A stretch of 64,000 nucleotides of DNA from Camelus dromedarius (lineage: Eukaryota), in the NCBI RefSeq assembly GCF_036321535.1, contig NC_087437.1:38628001-38692000 (forward strand), read 5' to 3'. Each line of letters starts with the position of its first letter. Within the stretch, counting starts at the first letter, position 1. A program made the translations under genes and the position numbers. The notes under the pieces were generated by a model. It was not told the origin of the DNA. It did not search any database and worked only from the letters and a program-made list of their open reading frames with translations. Shown piece by piece: positions 25,925-37,955 of the stretch.

Positions 25925-26395
25925 TGCATTAGTTTCTTATTACTGCTGCAACAGATTGCCATGTATTTGCTTACTTAAAACAACACAAGTTTATTGTCTT
26001 ACAGTTTTAGAGGTCAGAAGCCCAGCATGGCTATCACTGTATTAAAGCTGAGATGTTGTCAGTGTTGCATTCCTTCTGGAGGCTCTAGTGGAGAATCTAT
26101 TTCATTACCTTTTCCAGAGTCCATAGGCTGCCTGCATTTGGCCCAGAGCCCTCTTCCTTCATTCTCAAAGCCAGCAACATGACCCAAGTTCTCCTCATGC
26201 TGCCATCTATCTGGCTCGCTCTTCTAGTTCCCTCCTCCACTTCTAAAATCTCTTGTGATTGTGTTGAGTCTACCAGGATAACTTCTCTATTTTAAGGTCA
26301 GTCAGCTGATTAGCAACCTTGATTCCATCTATAACCTGATTTTACCTTTTCCATATAACTGACGTATTTCAGGTTTGAGGATTGGGACATCTTTT
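25925..26395 (-). mobile_element. MaLR LTR (MLT1C/D-like) inserted in the provirus gag
   Basis: TGCATTAGTTTC...TTAAAACAACACAAGTTTATT...GAGGTCAGAAG...CCTTCTGGAGGCTCTAG...CAGCTGATTAGCAACCTT. Confidence 0.85.
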
Positions 26396-26459
26396 TTTAT
26401 AACATCTTAATGTTATTATTTTCTCATAATTATTCAAGACCTACGTTTCACAGTTTATG

Positions 26460-26640
26460 CATTCACACCAATTTTACCACTCCAGTTCATCACAGGTGAA
26501 CGCTGCCCTGTGACCTTGGGCCAGGAGCTGTCTATTCTCCTTTCCATAGTGATGGGGTCCTCATTTGCAGCCGGGAGGTAGCAAATCTAGCTCCAGACCC
26601 ATCTAAAGGCCTTCTTATGGGGAACAATTCTACACCAAAA
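26460..26640 (-). mobile_element. Provirus leader/gag start with Leu-type primer-binding site
   Basis: Minus strand just after the LTR reads TTTTGGTGTAGAATTG, close to the tRNA-Leu PBS TGGTGTCAGAAGTG, followed by AATGAGGACCCCATCACT as in ERVL-class 5' internal regions. Confidence 0.6.
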
Positions 26641-26957
26641 TTTCTAGGTTAGATTTCTAGAAGGCAGAATCTAAAATGCTGATTAGCATACAGGAATTAT
26701 ATTATAGAGGATTCTTAGATTAATTCCTGGGAGAGAAGGGGAGAAAGAATAAATGGGCAATGAGACAAATAAGCAGTCTCACTGGTAACCTGATAATATG
26801 CTAGGATGAGTGCTAAAGATGGTATAGAAGAGTGATGGCCTTAAGCCAGATGGCTCCCTTCATCCGAAGCAATTCCTGAAGGGTGCTGATAGTAGAGGCT
26901 GAGTAATAAATCCCTCATTTCTGTAGGGGATCTGTGACAATCAGAGCATCCATCACA
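26641..26957 (-). mobile_element. LTR16-like 5' LTR of the provirus (internally deleted)
   Basis: GGCAGAATCT...GATTAGCATACAGGAA...AATAAATCCCTCATTTCTGTAGGGGATCTG...CAGAGCATCCATCACA resembles antisense LTR16; abuts the PBS. Confidence 0.75.
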
Positions 26958-29565
26958 TTATTGTATCTCTCATTCTCTCTCTCTTCTTCCTTTTTTTTTT
27001 TCCCCCCTTTTTCTTCTTCAAAACTTGCCTCTCCTTATTTGAATTTTGTTTTTAGAAATGAAGTCATAAAACACTGCCACAGACCCCCTCAGAGCATGGA
27101 AGCACAGACACTATTAATTGCTTGAACATGAGAAGGAAATAAAGAATATGTGCATGGGATACATAAATCACTATCTACAAAGTCATATGCCATATTTATG
27201 TTCGTAGTCCAGATTTTATTGAAAGTAGAAAATTGGAATTCTGGTAAAAATTATCCTCATACGAAACATGGGATCAAGCTACTCTCCTATATTTTTCAGC
27301 TAGGGTGTGCTCAGGGAATTTCACAGTATCAATTTGGTCATTAATTATTTAAGCCAAAAATTTGAACACCTTTACGTACCTGAACCTGAACCAGGTGCAA
27401 GGCGTTCACACGTGTATAAATGAAAAAGAAATCTGCATGACGCCAGTTGATCTCCCACGTGAGGATGAACAGTAATAAGATAACTTTTAAAGACAAAAGT
27501 AATCTCAAGTTATAATAAATCTTTTAATATAAATAAACTGAGTAATATGACAAAGTATAATTAGGAAAGATATTTTAAATAAGAAATATTTAATATTAGT
27601 CAGGTTACCAATAATCTTTATTATAATTTGTATAGGCTAAAAGTTACTTGAGTTCAGGTATCCAGTTTGATCTCTATTCTTTCACATTTCCTTTATCCCA
27701 TTAACAATCCTTTACCCACCCCCGCAAGAGTTTCGACAAATTTCTAAGACAGTAGTGACATAGCACAAAGTTTACATAAGCACTTAGGTTTTAGAATATC
27801 CTACTGTAAATTAACAGCTCAACTGCTCTTTTTTTAGGGTATAAATATCTAATATAAGCCATAAGATTTTGCTTTATTTCTAAAGTTCATTTTAACTCCA
27901 CTTTAAATATTAATGGAAGTAATTTGTATATTATTATTTAAACAATTATAAACAATGATAATTACTAAACAAAGTAGATTAATATTTTTATATAAAAATT
28001 ATTTTGTTGTTTTGTGTTTTTTGAGTGTTTATCAATTTTGCTGTGTTCATTGTGTCTTAGTAGCCACTCCTTGACTCATTTTTATTATGCTGCGTATAAT
28101 TTATCCCTCCTGTCGTGGTTTGGTTGTAATCCTGTCATTACCGGGTAGTAAAATGAAAGGAATCTTTTAATGTAGCCAACAGTAGTAAACTTGAAATAAA
28201 TGAATGACATAAATTCCAAGATATGGAAGGCGTTGCTGGTGGTCAGTGCTTTCACTCTTAAACCTTTTCAAAAGAAATGAAAATCTATAACAATGCTTAG
28301 AATTCCACAAGAGAAATATTTAAAAAATTGCAAAAAGCCTAGTGACTCAAATTTCTTCAGTGTCTTGAGACTGAATTAATAATTCTGTCAGATGAAGTAA
28401 AGAATTTTCTGAATGTTTCCATAAATATTTGAGTCAGTATAAAGTTTGGATGTTTGAACGTATGATGGAATTAGTTATATTTTTCTGTTAAAAAACCCTA
28501 GATTATTTTATTTTTATGAAAATATCATCTAATGAGACTTCTTCAACATAAAAAAGCACTTAATGGTTAAGTTACAGATTTTAACATTTAACAGTTGGCC
28601 CATTATCACTTTAAAACTTTTAAGACTACCACTTAGTGTAATATTAGTTAAATTGAAAGAAAATAGCTTCATTAAAATATTTTTCTTATGAAATAAAAAG
28701 AGTAGTCTTTACATGCTTATTGCCTTGATAATTTTTGGACAAATTTTTCTCTAACATGAATATTAAAATAGGAACCACTAGAGATTTAATATATAAAACT
28801 GAACTATTTAAATTTTTGTGTACATTAGTCATAGAATGATTATTGTTTGTTTAGCAAATACACATCTCACAAGATAGTGAAAAAAAGGTGATTATTTTTA
28901 TATAGAGGGAGTCTCTTTTTATGTATATAGAAAAAATAAATTTAAAATAACATTTACACATTTAGATATATAAATGTAGGCACATTTTAAAATAAATAAT
29001 TTCAATCAACATAAATTCTTTCTCCAAATTCTAGATGTTTTCGAATCCAGATAAAAATTAGAATTATAAAATATTATTAAATATTTCCATTACATGAAAT
29101 GACTGATCCAGAATGCTCTCTGCTATTTTCCATAGTGCCTTTTTACCTCTTTCAAAAAAAAAAAAAGAAAAAATTGTTACATTGTAATGTATTTCATCAT
29201 TTCTTACACTTGTTTCTCAGACTAATCTGTAATGTCTGGATTAGAATAATATTTATATAATAGCAAGGATCAGTATTCTAGAAATGTTGAAAAGTGTTTT
29301 GTTTTCATTTGTGCTTTGTAATCTGGGGTAACAAACATGAAAATATGAGTCTATTTACTTTGGTCAATGTAAATATTAGTAAAATTGTACCTTTAGATGC
29401 AATATTATAAAATGACCCCCAAAATTTACCTTAATAATCTCATGTATATGGACATTTTAATAATTTTGTTAAAAATCTCCCTTAAATTTTTTTTAGTTAT
29501 GCTTAAATTAAGCCACATGTTAATTTGGCTACATTTAAAAAAAATAGGTAATTTCTTTTGGTAGG

Positions 29566-29927
29566 TGTGTAAGTCTGGTAGGGCTGCTATCACAAAATAC
29601 CACTGACTGGATGGTCTAATCAATACACATTTATCTCTCACAGCTTTTGATGCTAGGAAGTCTAATACCAAGGTGCCAGAAGGTTTGGGTCCTGATTGGA
29701 GCCCTCTTCCTGGCTTGCATCTGGCCACTTTCTCACTGCGTCCACACATGGCAGAGAGAGGACTCCCTCTTTATATAAGGACACTCATCCCGTGGAGTGG
29801 GCTTGGGGTGGGGTATTGCTCCATCCTCACTATACCCCCCCAAAGGCACCACCTCCAAAACCATCATATAAGGGATTACGGCTTCAACATACGGATTTGG
29901 GGGAACATAAACATTCAGTTCATGACA
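29566..29927 (-). mobile_element. MaLR solo LTR (MLT1A-like)
   Basis: TG...CA termini; GGGCTGCTATCACAAAATACCAC, CTCTTCCTGGCTTGCA, GCTTCAACATA...AAACATTCAGTTCATGACA. Confidence 0.9.
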
Positions 29928-31804
29928 GTACACATCTACCAAAACTTGTTTTTTTCTTATATAATGATAAGTACTTACAGTTGGAAGGAACAAATGTGAA
30001 AGTACATATTAAAAGTCTAGTAATATTTCCACAAACACTTACAACAAGGGGAAAACATTTCATCCCAGGACAGTTTATTTGATCTTGTGAACAGAGAAAA
30101 CAGTGGACCAAAGCACTCACTGTCTTATGTACGTGCTGTCAGAGCTTTATATATTAGGTAAGCGTCTATGTGCTTCAGTTCTTGCATCCCTAAAACAAGT
30201 ATTAATTAAACGTCCTCTTATTTTTCTCCTCTTCTCTCTGACTGTTTAGATGAACTTTTTTTTTTGAAGTTTAAATCACTTTTAAAAGCAAAATACCATG
30301 AAATTATGTTTAAATTATCATTACTTAATTTGTTTGGAACTAATGGATGAGATTAGGCTTTGTATGTGTGTGTGTATATTTAACCAGTTCTTTGTTATAT
30401 GTTTACATATTCTGTTTTATTATTTAGTATTGAACAACTGTATTCACCATAAATACGTGTACTATTGTTAAGTACAACTTTAATCTGGAATAAAAATTCA
30501 CTTCAAGGTCAAGTTATATCTTTAAATTTGCAGGCAAGAGTCATTGTTTCTTTAAATCAGAGTTTTATCTGTCAAATACAATTCAAAGAAAAAAATCACT
30601 TGTGAATCTTAGGATACCACAGAAGCAGACTGATAGAGATATTTTAAAAATGATTCCTATATGTATGTCTTTTCATAATCCACGTGGGAAATTCCATTAT
30701 ATATTTTAAAAATTCTGTTAAAAAAGACCTAAGAGGAAGATGGCTAGACTGTGGCATAGCAAACCTACCACATTATTATGTAAATTTTACCACCAAAATT
30801 TCTGAATGTGATAGATTTACCTTCAAAATAGAGAAGCTACGTATCCCTCAATATAAGCCTTTAAAAAAAGAATATCTCCCATTCAGTCCTCTCAAGCAAA
30901 ATACCATAGTTCAACTCAGTTCTCTATTTCAAGAAGGATTGTTTTACCTAATAAAATGGTTCTGTAAGGAGTTTTGTCTTACACCTTTTCAATCATTAAG
31001 CAGTTGTAGGTGGTGACATAGGAAGGTGGGTAGGCAAACTGACAGGGAGATATGCTCTCTGAGGCAATTTGTAAAAAGGAAAAAAGGTCATATCACATTT
31101 TTTTATTGTCTTTGTTTCTAAAAAAGAATGCTGGCTTCCAGGGCGTCTACATCCCAGCATTCAGTTGAAACTGAGGCAATTATTTTAGGCAAAAGACTTT
31201 CCAGTGGAAGTGTTCCGTTTTTCAGTGCAAAACAGGGATCTTGCACTGTACCCTCCAGGCTTTGACTTCAGCTGTGTCAGCGGAGAAGACTCTGATTCTG
31301 AATATAAGAATCTGATTCATAACAAGTTTGACACATGCTGCTTCAAAGAAGTGAAGGAGCCTCCAAGTCTCATTCAGAGCTGCAGCCTGGCAACTATTTC
31401 ATTTTCGTCTTCTAAGTTGTTTTTCTTTCACCCTTTTGCTGAACAGAAACCAGAAAATGACTCTGAGAGGAGCTGCAGACTGCAACAGATGTATTACATA
31501 TAAACATACAGAAACATACAGAGAGCTCGGGAGAATATAAGCTAGTGTGATCTACAAAATCTGTCAGTTACATACAATTCAATGCATAAAACAAAGATAA
31601 ATATTACATTGATCTTGCCAATCATTATGAACAGAATAACTTTACCTCCCAAGTAATGACTATGAAAATCTATGAGACAAAGAGAAAATAAAATTCCAAA
31701 GTGGACTATTTCTATATGATATCAAAAGAATCAGCAGAGAATTTCTGTTTAAGTTGGTAACTTTCCCTTTCTCATACCCCTAAGAGCATCTGATTTCTTC
31801 TCTA

Positions 31805-31941
31805 GGCTCACCAAACAGTGAATTTGCCTGAGCCATGATCTTGGATTCCCAGCCTCCAGGATTGTGAGAAATAAACATTTATTGTTTACAAGCCACCCAG
31901 TTTGTAGTAATTTTGTTACAGCAGCCTGAATAACTAAGACA
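31805..31941 (+). mobile_element. MaLR LTR 3' fragment (MST/MLT1)
   Basis: TGATCTTGGATTCCCAGCCTCCAG...GTGAGAAATAAA...AAGCCACCCAGT...ACTAAGACA. Confidence 0.85.
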
Positions 31942-33811
31942 TTGTGAATACCAGTCAATATGTTATTTTCCCCAAGAATGTTTGCACTTCATGGCTAATG
32001 CAATATTATCTAATCAGGACTCTGGCTCAGATGAAGAAGCTTTCTATCCCCATGTATAGAAAAGGGAAGACATCTTTTGTGGGATAATAAAATCTTTTTA
32101 TAAGAAAATAACTTATCTACTCTGACTATACTTAGAGTTCAACCTATTTCAGTATTTGACCTGCTAGTAGACCAATGTTTAAACCCTAGTTGCAATTAAA
32201 GTAATTAAATCTTATTATTTAACATTTAAAATTATTTTAATGTGGCCTTCAAAACAGATTAGTTTCAGTAATGTGGAAAATAAGTTAATCCCAGACTTTC
32301 TTTCCTAATGAAAACACATGAATATATATATAGTTATATATAGAGAGAGTTAAAGCTATAGTTATATAACTATAATTGGGACCTGTGTAAATGCTGTCTT
32401 TATAAACACATGACCATCTAAAGTACTAATCAATTCAAGCATATTGAAGAAAGAGTGTTTGTCTTATTCCTTATGCTTATCATCATGCAGAGTAATATAG
32501 GACTTACTTATATTAATAATGGATTGAATCAAAGGAAAATCTATTAGAATTAGTAGCTGACTGGGTACATAAGGAAAAAGTATTGCTGGAGAAGTAAATA
32601 ACCAATAACCAATTGTTAATTTAATTTAGTAAACTTTCTTAATCTTTATAAAAATTCTAATTTTGATGAAATCCTAATATTGATAAAATTCAATGTCAAG
32701 AAAAAACCTAGGTAAATAAATAATACTTTAAAAATAGTAACTTATCCATATAAATCTAAGTTGGATAGTAATAGCAAAATGATATTCCTGGATTGACCTG
32801 ACTTCTTCTGTAGGAAGTCAAAAATATATATCAACAATAAAACGCCTGGAGGTATCCATTCAATGTAAGTAGAATACGCACGTAACAAAGTCCCAGAATA
32901 AAAATACAGAGCTTTATATTAATCAGCATGAGTTATAGCTTTGACTTGCATTGTAATCAAAACACACAAGAGTGATGGGCTATGCAGGTGAGAGAGAAGG
33001 AGTGAAAATAATTTTCATTGAATCAGTAAAACAATGTTATGAAATTTGGTAATTACTCAGTTCTGAGACTAGCACATTATTTATATTTTATAAGCATTAA
33101 ATGCAAATTTTTGAAAAACTATGTGTTGTATACACTTGAATTTCTTATATAGTAATGTATTTTTCTCATGTATGTATTTTCTTATTTCTATTTCATTTTT
33201 CTCTGTATTTTACTTATTTTGATCTTATTTATATTTATTTTATTAATATGGGAATATAGTTCACACTATGATTTATAGACCATTAGACTGTACATTTAGT
33301 GATGCATAATTTTCTCACAGCGAGCAAACCCTTCCCTGACTGGGCTTTGGTAGCCTCCAGACTACCCCTGCTACCATAAAACAAAATCAAAACAAAACCA
33401 AAGGACATGATAGGATTTAATGCACGTAGAAAAAATGTTATCCACTCAAGCATTTTGAGGAATGAATAAAGGAGGAATAACTGTAGAGCAGAGTGTATTT
33501 AATTAGGAATTAGTAGCTGGTGATTAAAACCTAATTCTTTGCTATTTGGCTTTCAATAGTCTGAATGATTTCTTAATGTCACAATAACATTAATGCCAAA
33601 GAACAAACACCATCATCAAGAGGCTCTCTTCTGTTTTCCCTTTCTTTTCTGTCAGATACAAAGAGGGGTACCACAGCTGAAAGACAAAGCAGCTATATAA
33701 ATTGAAATAAATGTCATTGTCATGATAGTAATATCACCTATAGAAAAAATATTTCTTTTGAAGGAATATATGACAAGAATGAGGGTCACTGTGATCTTTT
33801 AGATCTCTAAG

Positions 33812-33944
33812 TTTAAAAAACTTTTTTTTTTATTTTAGGTGGAGGTAATTAGGTTAGTTTTTATTTTTAATGGAGGTACTGGGGATTTAACCCAGGACCT
33901 CATGCATGCTAAGCATGTACTCTACCACTGAGCTACACCCTCCC
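33812..33944 (-). mobile_element. tRNA-derived SINE resembling camelid vic-1
   Basis: Minus strand GGGAGGGTGTAGCTCAGTGGTAGAG (A box)...GAGGTCCTGGGTTAAATCCCCAGTACCTCC (mutated B box), then AACCTAATTACCTCC and an A tail; TSD TAGATCTCTAAG (33800-33811) / TAGATCGCTAAG (33949-33960). Confidence 0.85.
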
Positions 33945-34000
33945 TCTGTAGATCGCTAAGGGTTTTTTTAAATATTAGCCTTTCTTTACTACAAGGGTAA

Positions 34001-34690
34001 TGTGATGGTTAGTTTTATCTGTCAAATTGATTGGGCTACAGGGTGCCAAGATATTGGTCAGATATTATTCTCAGTGCTTCTCAGTGAGAATGTTTTTGGA
34101 TGAGATTAACATTTAAATTGATAGAGTAAAAAAATAGCTCTCCCTAATGTGGGTGGGCCTCATCCAATCAGTTGAAGGCTTGATAGACTAAAAAGGCTGA
34201 AATTCCCTAATGTGAGAGGGAATTCTTCCTGCCCTAACTGCCTTCAAACAGAAACACCTGCTTGTTCTGGGTCTTGAGCCTGCCAGGCTTCAGACCAGAA
34301 ACACACCATTAACTTTCTTGATTCTCAGGCCTCTGGATTTGGACTGAAACTATTTCTTTTCTTTCTTTTTTTTTTTTTTTTTAATTTCCATTGTCTCTTT
34401 TTTTTTTCCTCCTTTTTCAGTTTTATTAGGTAGAATTATTACAGTTCAACTCTACATACACATTATATTGTATGTAAATACATATATACAGTATACTGCA
34501 CATTTTTTTTCATTTTACATATATGTACTAATTATGTTTCTAAGAACAGATTAGATCTTTAGCTTTTTAAACTTACATAGTTATCAAAGGAATAAAGCCA
34601 ACTACAAAATAAGAATCAACACAATGTGGTATTTCTTGAAATAAATTTCTTTCCCATTAGTTCTGTTTCTCTGGACAACCCTAACTAACA
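34001..34690 (+). mobile_element. ERVL solo LTR (MLT2B/D-like), interrupted at ~34353-34625
   Basis: TGTGATGGTTAGTTTTA...TGGATGAGATTAACATTT...CCTCATCCAATCAGTTGAAGGC; ends TTCTGTTTCTCTGGACAACCCTAACTAACA; TSD GGTAA/GCTAA. Confidence 0.9.
34353..34625 (-). other. Unidentified polyadenylated retroposed insert
   Basis: Poly(T) tract, then TTTATT (34422-34427) and ~200 bp of AT-rich non-MLT2 sequence inside the LTR. Confidence 0.55.
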
Positions 34691-34714
34691 GCTAATATGA
34701 AGTGCTTTCCTGTA

Positions 34715-35810
34715 TTTTTTTACTGAAGTATAGTTGATGTACAATATTATATAAGTTGTAGGTGTACAATATAGTTATTCACAATTTTAAAGGTTATACT
34801 CCATTTACAGATATAAAATATTGGCTATTTCTTGTGTTGTACAATATATCCTTGTAGTTTATTTTATACATAATAGTTTCTACCTCTTAATCCTCTATCC
34901 CTATATTGCCCCTCCTCCTTCCCCTTTCACACTGGTAACCATTAGTTTGTTTTCTACATCTGTGAGTCTGTCTTTTTTGTTGTATTTGCTACTTTATTGT
35001 ATTCTTTAGATGCCACGTATAAGTGATATCATATATATGGTATTTGTCTTTCCATCTGACATTTCACTTAGCGTAATACCCTCCAAGTTCATCCATGTTT
35101 TTGCAAATGGCAAAATTTCATTATTTTTATGGCTGCGTAATATTTCACTATATATATGTATATATCTCATCTTCTTTATCCGTTCATCTAGTGATGGACA
35201 CTTAAGTTGCTTCCATATCTTGGCAATTGTAAATAATGCTGCTGTGAACATTGAGGTGCATATATCTCTTCAAACTAGTTTTTTTTGTTTGGTTTGGTTT
35301 GGATATATACCCAGGAGTTGATTGTTGGGTCATATGGTAGTTCTAGTTTTAGTTTTTTGAGAATCCTCCGTACTATTTCCCACAATGACTGCACCAATTT
35401 ACATTCCAACCAACAGTGTAGGAGGGTTCCCTTTTCTCCACATTCTCACCAGCATTTGTTATTTGTGTCCTTTTTGATGATGGCCTTTCTGACTATTGTG
35501 AGATGATATCTCATTGTGGTCTTGATCTTCATTTAGCTGGTAATTAGTGATGCTGAGTATCTTTTCCTGTGCCTGTTAGCCATCTGCATGTTGTCTTTAG
35601 AAAAATGCCTGATCAATTCTTCTGGACATTTTTTTTAAAGTTGGGTTGTTTATATTTTTGATGCTGTGTTGTATGAGCTGTTTATACATTTTGGATATTA
35701 ATCCCTATCGATCATATAATTTTCAAGTATTTTATCCCATTCAGTAAGGTTGTCTTTTCATTTTGTCAATGATTTCATTCACTGTGCAAAAGCCTTTCAG
35801 TTTAATTTTA
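34715..35810 (-). mobile_element. 5'-truncated L1 (ORF2 C-terminus + 3' UTR), cetartiodactyl-type
   Basis: ORF 35006-35251 [20 protein letters not shown]...[19 protein letters not shown] is the L1 ORF2p C-terminus; 3' end TGAAGTATAGTTGATGTACAATATTATATAAGTT. Confidence 0.95.
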
Positions 35811-37279
35811 GCTCATGAAAGTCTACTGGAAAACATTGCTAAATACTGAATGTACAGACTAATTAGCTACTAATTTAAGTAGATAAAAGCTAAAGTGTGA
35901 TGTTTATCAAGATTAGTACTATCTCTACCTAGCAGACACCTGAACTACCTTTTTTTCTCTCAGCAGTTCCTTAATCTATCATTATTATTTATATTTCTGT
36001 TGACCAAAGGTACATCAAAGCATTTGTAGCCTAGATGTTTCAGTTGTATAGTAATAAAGAATACCATAGCAAATGTAATTACTTTGAGATAAGACATTTT
36101 CTTAAATAAAATGTTCATTAGCTTCTCAGCTGCCTGAGCAACTTCTTCCAGTCCAAATATAAAAAAGACCAGAGCTTCCCACTGAGAGCACTCCTCAAGG
36201 AGCATCAAAAGTGATCCACTGAGGTAAATAAGTAAAATAGAGTTTACGTTTCTATTTTTATATCTGGAAGTTTAAAAAAAAAAAAAACTTTACCAGCATT
36301 TAGTACACAGGTTGATCCTGTGGCCTTCACTTGGTCCATTATCTCAGCATGTGTCATGTGGTTTGTGTGAAGAATCAAGAAGGAAAAGGAGAAATTCGAG
36401 GGGAGCTTGTTCTACTGGTTGACAGCAGCCTCCTCTCTGTTGCAACTCTTTCACTTGTAATTTATTGAGGGCTACCCATGCCTGGTTAGGTGGACTTAGA
36501 AAGTATACTGCTATGTTTTAGCTAGACTAACTCTCACAAAATAGGCAAATGGGTAAGAAAAGTTTCCTTCAAAGAAACCACAGATTGAATATATTTCTGA
36601 AAATACGAACATAAATGAACAAAAAGAAAATGATGATCTGATACTATGCACGACTCTAGTACAAGTGCTTTGGGAACACAACGTAATTAAAAAAGTAATG
36701 ATGTATTTAGACTTGATGAAATTAGAAATTCCCATGGAAACTAGTTTAGTATGAATTTATAACCACTGTTGTTAACAATGAATGATTAACTTCACATTGT
36801 GCACTGAAATACCAGTAAATGATACTTAAAGTTCTTGTATCTGTATCTTGTATCTATTTTTTCATATCATTAAGCATGTGGATTATAGTTAATAAGTAAA
36901 TAAATTGACATGTATTGTGAATGTATATTGATTTTTAAGTGAATGGACCCATAGCATTACAGTAATTTCAAAAGAGCATTATTTTACATGTCAGTGTACA
37001 AGACTCTTTTCATAGGTGACTACTATTCATTTAGGTCTTAGCTCAAATGTCAAAGCAGGTAAACTCAAGATATTTCCCTTGATGCCTCTAAGTTAAATAT
37101 CCTGATGAAGTCAGTCTCTCTCACATTACTTCTTTCCTTCATGGGAACCTATGATTTTTCTGAAAATTTTGCTTATTTTAGAATGTATGTTTCATTCTGG
37201 CTTTTGTTGTTGTTGTGAGTCAGTGCTGTTTTCCATTTCCAATTCCTATTTGCTCTGTCAAGCAGAAAGGAAACTATGT

Positions 37280-37955
37280 TTGGTATGTATATGTTTTATT
37301 GAAGTATATTTGATTTACAATATTGTGTTAATTTCAGATGTACAGCAAAGTTATTCAGTTATATATGTATATATCTATACATATGTGTGTCTGTGTGTAT
37401 ATATATTCTTTTTCAGATTCTTTTCCATTATAGGTTATTACAAGATGTTGAATATAGTTCCCTGTGTTATACAGTACGTCCTTGTTTATCTATTTTATAT
37501 ACAGTAGTGTGTATCTGTTATCTCAAACTCCTAATTTTTTCTCCCCAACTCTCCCTTTTGGTAACCATAAGTTTGTTTTCTATGTCTATGAGTCTGTTTC
37601 TGTTCTGTAAATAAGTTCATTTGTAAAATTATTTTTAGATTCCACACATAAGTGATATCATATAGTATCTTTCTCTGTCTCACTTATTATGATAATCTTT
37701 AGGTCCATCCATGTTGCTGCAGATGGCAATAGCTCATACTTTTTTACGGCTGACTAATATCCATTCCAGTATCCATTCATCTTTTGATGGACATTTAGGT
37801 TACTTCCAGGTCTTGGCTATTGTAAATAGTGCTGTTATGGACATTGAGGTGCAGGTATCTTTTCAATTAGAGTTTTTGTCTTCTCTGGATATATACCCAG
37901 GAGTGGGGTTGCTGAATCATATGGTAACTCAATTTTAGTTTTTTAAAGAATTTTC
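37280..37955 (-). mobile_element. 5'-truncated L1 3' end with TSD, inserted in an L2 remnant
   Basis: TTTTATTGAAGTATA...TTTACAATATTGTGTT...TAGATTCCACACATAAGTGATATC; exact 13-bp TSD AAGGAAACTATGT at 37267-37279 and 37956-37968. Confidence 0.95.

Noticed and set aside
29426..30120. ORFs of 107-128 aa
   Set aside because: They overlap an MLT1A LTR; typical repeat-derived translations.
31204..31503. 99-aa ORF as a coding exon
   Set aside because: GTG start, no recognisable homology, no convincing flanking splice sites.
32357..32374. 18-bp palindrome TATAGTTATATAACTATA
   Set aside because: Low-complexity TA context makes such symmetry unremarkable.
33872..33944. tRNA gene
   Set aside because: Mutated B box, SINE body, A tail and TSD show it is a SINE.
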